From Candidatus Poribacteria bacterium (GTDB lineage Bacteria > Poribacteria > WGA-4E > JAJDTR01), in NCBI GenBank assembly GCA_965222225.1, contig CBDCTK010000002.1:2272001-2336000 (forward strand): a stretch of 64,000 bases of DNA. Direction: 5' to 3'. Made by a program: the position numbers and the translations under genes. Below the pieces are notes generated by a model that was given only the letters and a program-made list of their open reading frames with translations, was not told the DNA's origin and did no database searches. Positions 20,707-29,330 of this stretch are shown piece by piece; the first letter of the stretch is position 1, and each line of letters starts with the position of its first letter.

Positions 20707-21158
20707 TTACCAAATACTCCGAACTCATAACATAACCACATCATAAGTCCTATAGCAATTAAAACATAGTAAAGTACCATTGACCAATTAAAAAGCGCTT
20801 TCCACCGCGATACTTCGATTGATTGTCGCGTGTAGGTTGTACAATTGTTCCGTTCAGCAATGGTAAACCTCCTGTCTTCCAATTGACTTCGTAATCGTTT
20901 TTGGAAATAGTATGCCGTGGCATCAGAAATCCAGAATCCTACGCAGATCAATAAACCGAGAAAAAACACGGCGTGATTTAGGGGATTTTCGGTGAATTTG
21001 ACTACTAAGCCTACTGCAATCCCGATAAAACCTACACAGAGTTTTTTATACTCAAAGCAACTCTTGCTTATTTGAAGAATGGCCTGGTGAAGTTGGTCTA
21101 CATCTTTCCAATCCAACTCATCTTCACAGGATGTTTTATGCTCATTAGATATATTCAT
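20703..21158 (-). CDS. 2-3 TM putative membrane effector
   Basis: QLHQAILQISKSCFEYKK, two TM segments, FWISDATAYYFQKRLR, C-terminal TM; low GC; lies within the TIR operon. Confidence 0.7.
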   Translation of the reverse strand: MNISNEHKTSCEDELDWKDVDQLHQAILQISKSCFEYKKLCVGFIGIAVGLVVKFTENPLNHAVFFLGLLICVGFWISDATAYYFQKRLRSQLEDRRFTIAERNNCTTYTRQSIEVSRWKALFNWSMVLYYVLIAIGLMMWLCYEFGVFGK

Positions 21159-21630
21159 TAGATATATTCATTAGGTAATTAAAGGGATTTTATTCTGGCC
21201 CATCTGCCTCAAGTGCTGTTAAATCCTCAACACCCGCCATAGCGGCGAGTGCACGTGTATAAACCCGTAACTGTTCCTGCAAATCTGCTAATTCTTCTCG
21301 AAATTCTCGGACTTTCTCGGGGTCTTCAAACGCGCATTCCAGACTTAGCTTGTGCCACTTAGCCGTGAATGGTCTTACCACCTGATTCAATACTACAACG
21401 GCTATCTTTGTAAACTCAAAGCAGCCGGGCCCCTTTCTTTTTATTACTTCTCTGGTTAGTGGGAACAAAGAATAGACGCTATCTAACGCAGTTTCCTCAT
21501 CACCAGAATCGGCCGGCAGCGGTTGAGTCGTGATCCGTGTCAATAGTTCAATATATAACTCCCAAGCCGCTTCTTTATCTAGGTCTTGTATCTTAAATTC
21601 CGCTTGCAAGAATTTGACGTTAATCTTTAA

Positions 21631-22879
21631 CGGAATTAGTAGCTTGTAGCTTTTAGACTGACGACAAACATAAAACTTGGTACCCTGTCGTAAATCTTTT
21701 CGTCACACGTAGATGTCCATAGTGACTATTCTTCTCGTAGGAGTTTGCTATGGACATTTTGAATCTTATGAAAGAGTTTCCAAATCAAGAATCTTGTCTC
21801 AGATTTATAGAGGAAAAACGTTGGAAGGACGGTGTTTGCTGTATCCACTGTGGCAGTGAAAAAGTTGGACGCAAGAACAAAAACGACATTACTACTGGTT
21901 GGAATTGCTACGATTGTGAATCTAGCTTTTCGGCTACAGCAGGAACCATCTTCCATGGTACCAAGATACCTCTCCAGAAATGGTTTTTGGCTATCTCAAT
22001 TCTTTCCAATGCCAAGAAAAGCATATCGAGTTGTCAGCTTGCTCGTGACTTGGACATGAATCAAAAGTCCGCTTGGTATATGGCAATGCGCCTCCGTGAG
22101 AAAATGAGTGATAGTGATGAATTGCTGAAAGGGATAGTTGAAGCGGACGAAACCTATGTCGGCGGCAAACCCAGAGCAAAATCTAAGAGAGGTAGAGGCA
22201 CAAATAAATCTCCCGTCATCGGCGTAGTCGAGAGAGGCGGTCGGGTGGTTGCTAAATTCATGAAGGTTCTATCTGGTGAAAATATCAGAGAATTCATCCT
22301 TAGCAATGTCTCACCCGATGAGTCTATTCTTATGACTGATGAATTTCGCTCTTACAATAGTCTGGACGAAGATATCGAAAGACATGTTATCCATCACCAA
22401 GAGAGATATGTTTCTGAGGACGGCGTAACTCACACCAACACCATCGAGTCGTTTTGGGCTTGTGTCAAGAGGTCATTCTACGGAACGCATCATCACTACA
22501 GCAAGAAGTGGCTGCCACTGTATATCATGGAGTCTTGCTGGAAATATAATCGCAGAAAAGATGATGAGATTTTCATAAGATTTTTTGATGAATGCTTCAC
22601 CTGAGCCACATGAATTGTTTGGCTATCGGTATATTCTGTCAACGACAACATCATGGTGTGCTGAAAATCCCATAGTGTTGGAAATTAAAATCCCGCAGAT
22701 AACCCGCAATGCTCCCGCGAGCATGTACAAACGCTTGGTCAACATGATATGCCTCCATTTCTCTCTTATAGAGATGTATTTTAGTGTGAATCAAGATTCC
22801 GAACACTGTCTAAAGTTATTGTACATTAAGAAAAGAAAAGCAAGCAAATCAACCAAAAAGCAGTTAACTACTAAGTCCC
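21631..22879 (+). mobile_element. IS1595-family insertion sequence, 1249 bp, copy 2
   Basis: Same terminal IRs as copy 1; 8-bp TSD ATCTTTAA at 21623-21630 and 22880-22887. Confidence 0.95.
21750..22604 (+). CDS. IS1595-family transposase
   Basis: Protein identical to 5602..6456. Confidence 0.95.
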   Translation: MDILNLMKEFPNQESCLRFIEEKRWKDGVCCIHCGSEKVGRKNKNDITTGWNCYDCESSFSATAGTIFHGTKIPLQKWFLAISILSNAKKSISSCQLARDLDMNQKSAWYMAMRLREKMSDSDELLKGIVEADETYVGGKPRAKSKRGRGTNKSPVIGVVERGGRVVAKFMKVLSGENIREFILSNVSPDESILMTDEFRSYNSLDEDIERHVIHHQERYVSEDGVTHTNTIESFWACVKRSFYGTHHHYSKKWLPLYIMESCWKYNRRKDDEIFIRFFDECFT

Positions 22880-22955
22880 ATCTTTAATGTTTCTAAGCCA
22901 TGGTCTGCGAGCCATCCTTTAAGGTCCATGCTTTTTCTCCTTTCGGTGAGCTTGA

Positions 22956-23516
22956 CTAGTGGGTTATATTACATATTTTACACTTGGTGTTATACTTCAT
23001 CATGTCTTGTGAATTCTTGATAAGTTCCGCCCTTGATGTCCTCGCATCAAAGGCGTCATCAATCCACTCTCCTAGTTGGCTAGATTTAGATGGATATGAG
23101 CGATAACGGGTATAGCAATTCTCTTCTCCTTCTTCCCAATTCGCTTTAAATCGTGGGGGAAGATGCGCACTGTTTCCTTGGCTGGGAAGTAGGATTCCAA
23201 TAAGACCATTCGGTAAGGTTGCCCCTTGAGTCAACGAACTCTTGATTTCCCAATCTACAAATCGCCGACTATGGGTGCAGCTACCTATCAGGACTATAGT
23301 GACTGTTGTGTCTTGCAGGTATTTCTTCCTGATTTGCCCCATAACATAGTCTGTGTTTGTGCTCTCAATAAAATCATCGTTGTCATTTGCCCCAAGCACG
23401 AACGGAGTGAATACCCGCGCTTGGTTGCCAAAGCAGTCAATAAAATCATCAACTTCAGTCTTATCCCCTTTATAATGAGAAATGAAAACCTTGCGACGCG
23501 TTCCATTGTATGGCAT
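22956..23516 (-). CDS. ThsB-like TIR domain protein (DUF1863-type)
   Basis: RRKVFISHY, IRKKYLQDTTVTIVLIG, SRRFVDWEIKSSL, NGLIGI; C-terminal CKICNITH. Confidence 0.85.
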   Translation of the reverse strand: MPYNGTRRKVFISHYKGDKTEVDDFIDCFGNQARVFTPFVLGANDNDDFIESTNTDYVMGQIRKKYLQDTTVTIVLIGSCTHSRRFVDWEIKSSLTQGATLPNGLIGILLPSQGNSAHLPPRFKANWEEGEENCYTRYRSYPSKSSQLGEWIDDAFDARTSRAELIKNSQDMMKYNTKCKICNITH

Positions 23517-23981
23517 GTTAATATGTGCTCCGACCTTGTGTTTGTTCGTTTAGGCTAGAACCGACCATAGCAAAATCCTTGACAACATGGCATGAAGCAT
23601 GCCATTGATAATCAATATAGTGTCTACTATTGTATCCTTTACGTATTTCGGCCAAAGCAGCCATGTTTCGTAAAATATGCGTCCTTTACGACGCTCTCGC
23701 TTGAAATCAAATTATGTTGAATCCCCACAAAATGCGGTTGTTCCGCTAAACGCATCTCGGGTATGATTCAAGAAGCTGGATGGTGCTCTTTTTCGAGTTT
23801 GCAAGGAATATCCAAATCCCTTGGGATGGCGCGCCTCGGTGGTCGGCATCATCCAACCAACGACTGGTGGTCGCTAACCGTCGTTGGCTGGACAACACGA
23901 CAAAATGATTTTGGCACAAAGCGAAAAATGGACGTTGTTTTTTTGCCAAATAACTTCTACTTATAGCCAACATCCAAACGA

Positions 23982-24854
23982 TCAGAATCTCCGTTTGAGT
24001 TTTCCCCAAGTGGTGGACAGTTTGCCTGCGGGATCGACTGCGAACGAGCCGCGCACATTCTTATTAATCTCATCCTCACTAAACGCCCAGTCGTAGACAC
24101 GGTAGATGGCGATTGAGCAATTGCAGGTACGCGCCGCTTCGGCGCGGCTATGCGAGAAAATACTGTGTAACGACATGTCGTGCTTTTTATTCCACTTAAC
24201 ACTTGGTCCCGTCTTTCCGACCTTTTCGCCGTCAATATACGAAGTGAAACTGCTCCCGCTTTCAAACACCATGTGCACCCAGTGCCACTCCTGTTCGCCA
24301 ATCCCTATCCCGTGAGTTCCTTTGGGCCAGTCGTCACGCAGGCCTACGGCACCTTGAGCGATGCTTATGCCGCCAAAATCTCCATTCCCCGAATCGTCCA
24401 GCCAAATCCGGAAGTTTTGCACGGACTCTCTCGGCGCCGCTTGAATTCCGACGAGATGATGTTCTCCCCCTAGCTTGGGGCCATTCATCTTCATGAGTAA
24501 GCCCATGGTGAAATCTTCAAGGTTCACGACGGGCGTCTTGGCGCCCGGCGCGGCGTTGCTGAAAGTCATACCGGATGCGTCGGCAGTGTACCACGCGGTG
24601 TCTTCCTTAAAGCCAAGAGCTTTAATCGAGATGACACCCTGTTCAAGAACGGGTATGAGGTTACTGTGCTCCAATTCCCCGCCCGCCTTACCGGCGTTTC
24701 GCCAGACCTTATCTTTCTTGTCTTGGTCGGTCTCGACAGGGTTAAAGTAGAGCACCGCTCCGGGTACCGACTGAGAAAATGCCGTTGAAATTGTCATCGC
24801 AATACCAACCATCATAATGCAAATAGCGATGGCACGCATTGTGTATTGTGTCAT
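23982..24854 (-). CDS. Secreted LamG/ConA-like jellyroll protein with a Poribacteria-type C-terminal tail
   Basis: GGAGGA RBS before ATG 24854; signal peptide; WHWVHMVF..YIDG; AVDPAGKLSTTWGKLKRRF. Confidence 0.8.
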   Translation of the reverse strand: MTQYTMRAIAICIMMVGIAMTISTAFSQSVPGAVLYFNPVETDQDKKDKVWRNAGKAGGELEHSNLIPVLEQGVISIKALGFKEDTAWYTADASGMTFSNAAPGAKTPVVNLEDFTMGLLMKMNGPKLGGEHHLVGIQAAPRESVQNFRIWLDDSGNGDFGGISIAQGAVGLRDDWPKGTHGIGIGEQEWHWVHMVFESGSSFTSYIDGEKVGKTGPSVKWNKKHDMSLHSIFSHSRAEAARTCNCSIAIYRVYDWAFSEDEINKNVRGSFAVDPAGKLSTTWGKLKRRF

Positions 24855-25334
24855 GCTGCTGTCCTCCGAATAAATCTGTTGGTTTCTGAACGTTTCAATG
24901 GGTAGATTATTGGTCACTGCTGTATCAAAATTGTACAACATAATGCTTATAAATTCAAGCGTATAAGCGCAACGAAGGGACTGGAAGAATGGAAGGGATG
25001 CAACGATTAGTGGTCAGGATGTGAGAGAAGAGATGATTTGTTTTCTTTCTAGCCGATGAATTGCATGACTACAAACCAATCGTAGCCGCGGAAAAGGGGA
25101 ATCGACACTCTTCCATCTCAAATGGAAGATAGAATCCTTTTGAACATCGTAGATTGCGCCCTAAGCCTACCACGCCGGTCATCGCTTCCAATCTTTCATC
25201 CTTCCAATTCTCTCCCTTCCATCCTTCCTTTCTTACATTTCTTCAAATTCGCATTTATTTGACGCGAACTCGGTTTTCTGTTATGCTAACCTTTGTCATT
25301 TTTCTAGCGTAATTCCATTAACATTTACCGCAGC

Positions 25335-26636
25335 ATGGACGAATCGTATCACCCAAAGGAGGGTAGATTCCCAATGTCTCTTGAAGAGCGCGCGGATCTT
25401 TTTAACCGAGCGGTGTTGGACGATGCAATGGATGAATACGGTCTGATACGCCACTCCCTAACCTATCCGGATCGAAAACCGATACCGTACGAGCTACTGG
25501 AAGGTGTCCGAGAAAACACCGAACAACGGAAGCGGTCAGGTCAGAAGTGGCATCCCCACGCCGGAACGCCGGCGTATGCCATGTATGAAGACGCCAATTA
25601 TGTCGGCAACCGCTACCTATTGTCACAGGCGTGGCGCTGGATGGCAATGAGGGACGAAACCGCCCGGCGAGATGCCGAGAAGGCGTATCACGCCACGATG
25701 TACGCCTATCACGAAGGCCGAAAGATTGATCCCGGCTACTGGCCCAAACCTTACGGTGGGCTAAGAGGAGACTACACGGTCGATAAGGTATACACCGAGA
25801 CTAGCGTGGATCAGGCTTACTCTCCCGTGATCGCACTATGGCGGTACTACCAGCATTTGGCAACCGACGACGAGAAACAGGCTATGGCAAAAGCCGTACA
25901 GGAGCACGGGCACTGGTGGATCCGGCACGACTACACCTACGACTACCTCGGAGAGGTGTGGAAGGTGTTCGAAGGTCGCATCGGCAGCCCGAGCGGCGCT
26001 TTGAAAATCCCCATCGGCATGCACATCGCCTATCAGATTACAGGGGATACGGTGTTGTTGGATGAGTGTGTGCGCATCGTGAGGCAGGCTGTGAAGGATG
26101 GCGGGTTGTCAATGCACCGAGGACCGCGCGGCGAGATTAAGGAGTTGTATCACTGGGCGGAGATGTACGACTATTTCATGCGCGAAACCGATCTGCAAGA
26201 CGAAGCCGAATGGGAACGTCTCATCCGCGAGTGCTGGCGGGCTGGCAAGAGCGCGGTTCAGGAGGATGGATTGTGTATCGGCATGGGGTTCTTCACGGGT
26301 GACGGCACCTTGGAGAAGTACGAACCGGGACCTATTGACGACGTGCACCACGGCTACTGGAAGACCGATGCGGGACATCCCGCCTCCACGGCGCAGATTG
26401 CCTGTTTGGCGATGCTCATCCATGAGCTGGGTTACGACGATGACGCCGCGGATGTCGGGGTAAGGTTACTGGAGAACATCACCGAAGCGCATACCGGCAA
26501 ACGATTTGCCTACACCAGCGCCGAACAGATGCCGCCCGAATCGCGGGAAAAGCCGGCGCAGGAGTTCTTCAACACTCGCACCGTGGTGTTTTGGCTGGAT
26601 GCGTACTGGCGCGGGAAGCTGCACGGGGCGTTATAA
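25335..26636 (+). CDS. Hypothetical protein, possibly alpha/alpha-toroid glycosidase-like (likely start 25374)
   Basis: 433-aa ORF, helical and aromatic-rich; AAGGAGG upstream of MSLEERA. Confidence 0.65.
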   Translation: MDESYHPKEGRFPMSLEERADLFNRAVLDDAMDEYGLIRHSLTYPDRKPIPYELLEGVRENTEQRKRSGQKWHPHAGTPAYAMYEDANYVGNRYLLSQAWRWMAMRDETARRDAEKAYHATMYAYHEGRKIDPGYWPKPYGGLRGDYTVDKVYTETSVDQAYSPVIALWRYYQHLATDDEKQAMAKAVQEHGHWWIRHDYTYDYLGEVWKVFEGRIGSPSGALKIPIGMHIAYQITGDTVLLDECVRIVRQAVKDGGLSMHRGPRGEIKELYHWAEMYDYFMRETDLQDEAEWERLIRECWRAGKSAVQEDGLCIGMGFFTGDGTLEKYEPGPIDDVHHGYWKTDAGHPASTAQIACLAMLIHELGYDDDAADVGVRLLENITEAHTGKRFAYTSAEQMPPESREKPAQEFFNTRTVVFWLDAYWRGKLHGAL

Positions 26637-26777
26637 GAATGGCTAAGAGCCGGTTGGAATACAGGGTGGTTAGGCAGCTTTTGGGCATTTGAGTTGCTAT
26701 ACATCTTGAAAAGTCCATCGACGATTTGATGATTGAAGATTTGACGCTGGGGCTTACAGAGATGCAGGAGAAATTGC

Positions 26778-27935
26778 ATGAAGATTACAGACGTTAAACC
26801 CATTCCGGTTTGGGTGGGAAGCAGAAATCAACTCGTGGTCAAGGTGGAGACCGACGAAGGCATCTACGGCTGGGGAGAATCAGGCGTATCAGGCAGAGAA
26901 CTGGCAGTGGCCGGCGTGATTAAGCACTACCGCGAGTTTCTCATCGGTCAAGACCCCATGTGTATCGGCGCGCTGTGGCAAGATATGTACCGCGGTCAGT
27001 ATTTCGAAGGCGGACGGGTGCTCACGGGCGCCATCTCCGCGGTTGACATCGCGCTCCACGATATCGCGGGCAAAGCGTTGGGCGTACCGGTGTACCAACT
27101 ACTAGGCGGAAAGCAGCGAGATCTCGTGCCGTGCTTTGCGACGACATTTGCTGCGCCCGGCCCCGGGCTGATTGACGAGGTAAAACTCCTGATTGAAAAA
27201 GGCTGGAACGTTATCCGCACCGTGCCGGGCCACCCGCCCGTAGAGGATGCGGCCATTTTCGAGCCGCGCGAATCGCTCGCCTTAACCGCGTCGTGGCTAA
27301 CCAAGGTGCGGGAGGAGGTGGGACCGGAGCCTGTGCTCGGCATTGATTACCATTGCCGTTTAAGCGTGGCGGAGGCGGCGTCGTTTTGTCAACGGATGCC
27401 GTCGGGCACCCTAGATTTCATTGAGGAACCGATTCGTGACGAAACGCCGGAGGCATACGAGTCGCTGCGGCAGATAGTTGACGTGCCTTTCGCTATCGGC
27501 GAGGAGTTTTCCAGCAAATGGGCTTTTCTGCCCTACATCGAACGAGGCATCACCAACTTTGCGCGTATTGACGTCTGCAACGTGGGAGGACTAACGGAAT
27601 CCATGAAGGTCGCAAGTCTGGCGGAATCTCACTACATTGACTTGATGCCGCACAACCCGTTGGGTCCCATCTGCACCGCCGCAACGGTACACTTGGCGGC
27701 GGCAATTCCCAACTTCGCTTGGCTGGAGGTGCGAAATTCGCCGACGGAGCCGACTGGTCCTCAGGATCTCGATCTATTTCCGGTGCAAATCACGCAGGAG
27801 GGGCCGAACCTTGTTGTGCCCAATCAACCGGGCTTGGGCGTCGAGTTCAATGAAGAACTAGCGATGGAGCAGACCTTTGAATTCTGGGAGGCGCCGCGGC
27901 TGCGACGGCGCGACGGCTCCTACACCAATTGGTAA
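26778..27935 (+). CDS. Mandelate racemase/muconate lactonizing family (galactonate dehydratase-like)
   Basis: VETDEGIYGWGE, AISAVDIALHDIAGKALGVPVYQLLGG, DYH, EEP, GEE, PHN. Confidence 0.92.
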   Translation: MKITDVKPIPVWVGSRNQLVVKVETDEGIYGWGESGVSGRELAVAGVIKHYREFLIGQDPMCIGALWQDMYRGQYFEGGRVLTGAISAVDIALHDIAGKALGVPVYQLLGGKQRDLVPCFATTFAAPGPGLIDEVKLLIEKGWNVIRTVPGHPPVEDAAIFEPRESLALTASWLTKVREEVGPEPVLGIDYHCRLSVAEAASFCQRMPSGTLDFIEEPIRDETPEAYESLRQIVDVPFAIGEEFSSKWAFLPYIERGITNFARIDVCNVGGLTESMKVASLAESHYIDLMPHNPLGPICTAATVHLAAAIPNFAWLEVRNSPTEPTGPQDLDLFPVQITQEGPNLVVPNQPGLGVEFNEELAMEQTFEFWEAPRLRRRDGSYTNW

Positions 27936-27968
27936 TACTATCGCTTCTACGCACTTCGCCTGTACGAG

Positions 27969-28021
27969 GATCAAGCGACCGGATAGGGAGCGCGATAGAG
28001 ATCCACTCCAATAGAGATTCC
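27969..28021 (+). repeat. 37-nt hairpin element plus a partial tail
   Basis: GATCAAGCGACCGGATAGGGAGCGCGATAGAGATCC. Confidence 0.8.
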
Positions 28022-28118
28022 TTCCGATTCCCGACAATACGATAATGCAACGACTCACTTTGACCTCTGCTCCACTGACCACTGGCAACTGACCACTGCT
28101 TCACTAAAGGAACTACTA

Positions 28119-29198
28119 ATGAACAAAGGGAAACGGGGTTGGAGCCACTCCAATCTATCCAAACCCGCGGCGGATATCGACATTCGCTACGGACACAACC
28201 TCTTGAAACAGGAGAGCGAGACCTGGCCCTCATACGCCGTTGTCTCAACACCGAGCGCCTTTAAGACGGCCCAATCTCACTTAGGGAAACAACCTGCCGG
28301 CGTAGGTTACGCTTCCTATCTGGATCACGGTCATCTGCAGGAAGTTACCGACGGGTTACCGGAGGAGGTCAACCTCATTGTCGGCGTCGGAGGGGGCACG
28401 GCGCTGGATGCGTCAAAATACGTGGCGCTCAAGCGGGATTTGCCGCTAATATTGGTTCCCACAATTTTATCAACCGGCGCCATCATTCACGGCGTCCTGG
28501 CGATATGGGATGGGCGCGTCATCGTTGGCGGCGGCAATAGCTGGCCCTGGATCGATTGCGAGCACGTTCTCATCGACTATGAAGTGGTTCTTAGTGCGCC
28601 AGCTCACCTTAACACCGCGGGACTGGGCGACATTCTTTGCAACTACGCCAAAATCGCCGAGTGGCAACGAAACCATAGACTCGGGCTTGAACCGCTGTAT
28701 GACGAAGGGGTCGTTTCTGGTGTGGAGGATTTTCACCAAGATTTCACCGATCACTTCCACGCCTCGCTTGACACCGAAGGGAAGCTTACACCGGAGAGCG
28801 TCCGGGTCATCGGCAAAGCGCTGCAAGAACGTGACGAACGGGAGCGATCCCTTGCGACCACGGTGCAGAGCGGCGACCATGACTTCGCGTTTGCTCTCGA
28901 ACTCCTGTGTGACAGGGGTTGGATTCACGGTGAACTGGTCGCTATGGGAGCGGTCATCATCGCTTGGTATTGTGACGCCGATCCTCAACGTCTTCTTTCG
29001 AGGCTTGACAAGTGTTTGGTGCGGTACCGCCCCTCGCAAATGGAAATCTCGCGCGACACCTTGCGCCGGGTGCTTGAGTACCTCCCCGTATACATGACAG
29101 ATCCGGTTCGAGGGGAGGGGAGCTCATCGATTCTTCGTCACGAACCGATCGTGGGAGCGAAATTTGATGAGATGTGGGGGTTTTTGGAAGAGAATTAA
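28119..29198 (+). CDS. Glycerol-1-phosphate dehydrogenase-like (AraM/EgsA) metal-dependent dehydrogenase
   Basis: GVGGGTALDASKY, PTILS, AGLGDIL, SGDH, HGELVAMG. Confidence 0.8.
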   Translation: MNKGKRGWSHSNLSKPAADIDIRYGHNLLKQESETWPSYAVVSTPSAFKTAQSHLGKQPAGVGYASYLDHGHLQEVTDGLPEEVNLIVGVGGGTALDASKYVALKRDLPLILVPTILSTGAIIHGVLAIWDGRVIVGGGNSWPWIDCEHVLIDYEVVLSAPAHLNTAGLGDILCNYAKIAEWQRNHRLGLEPLYDEGVVSGVEDFHQDFTDHFHASLDTEGKLTPESVRVIGKALQERDERERSLATTVQSGDHDFAFALELLCDRGWIHGELVAMGAVIIAWYCDADPQRLLSRLDKCLVRYRPSQMEISRDTLRRVLEYLPVYMTDPVRGEGSSSILRHEPIVGAKFDEMWGFLEEN

Positions 29199-29330
29199 TT
29201 GAGATAATTCAATCGTATTTTTAGGACCTTGGTCTTGATGATTGTACAATCTCTAACAGCGGATTTGGCTGTCTTTCTTTATCAGATACGTCAGCTAGAT
29301 TGTGGATTGTTTTGAAAGGAGCTAGATTCC

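Larger units (their letters stand above)
21190..22929 (-). pseudogene. Hypothetical 160-aa protein of the TIR operon, interrupted by IS1595
   Basis: GGAG RBS. Removing the IS and one TSD gives MDLKGWLADHGLETLKINVKFLQAEFKIQDLDKEAAWELYIELLTRITTQPL..., 483 nt in frame. Confidence 0.85.

Noticed and set aside
5327-22879. Composite transposon or past inversion between the IS copies
   Set aside because: Each copy has its own matching TSD pair and each interrupted gene rejoins locally.
24975-25245. GGAAG/CTTCC-rich short repeats, and CCACTGA-type heptamer runs at about 9520, 18550 and 28070
   Set aside because: Low-complexity intergenic repeats with no further structure I could support.
28119-29198. 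Archaeal-type lipid synthesis implied by the G1P dehydrogenase-like gene
   Set aside because: AraM-like homologs are common in bacteria, the context is catabolic, and no GGGP synthase or other ether-lipid genes are present.
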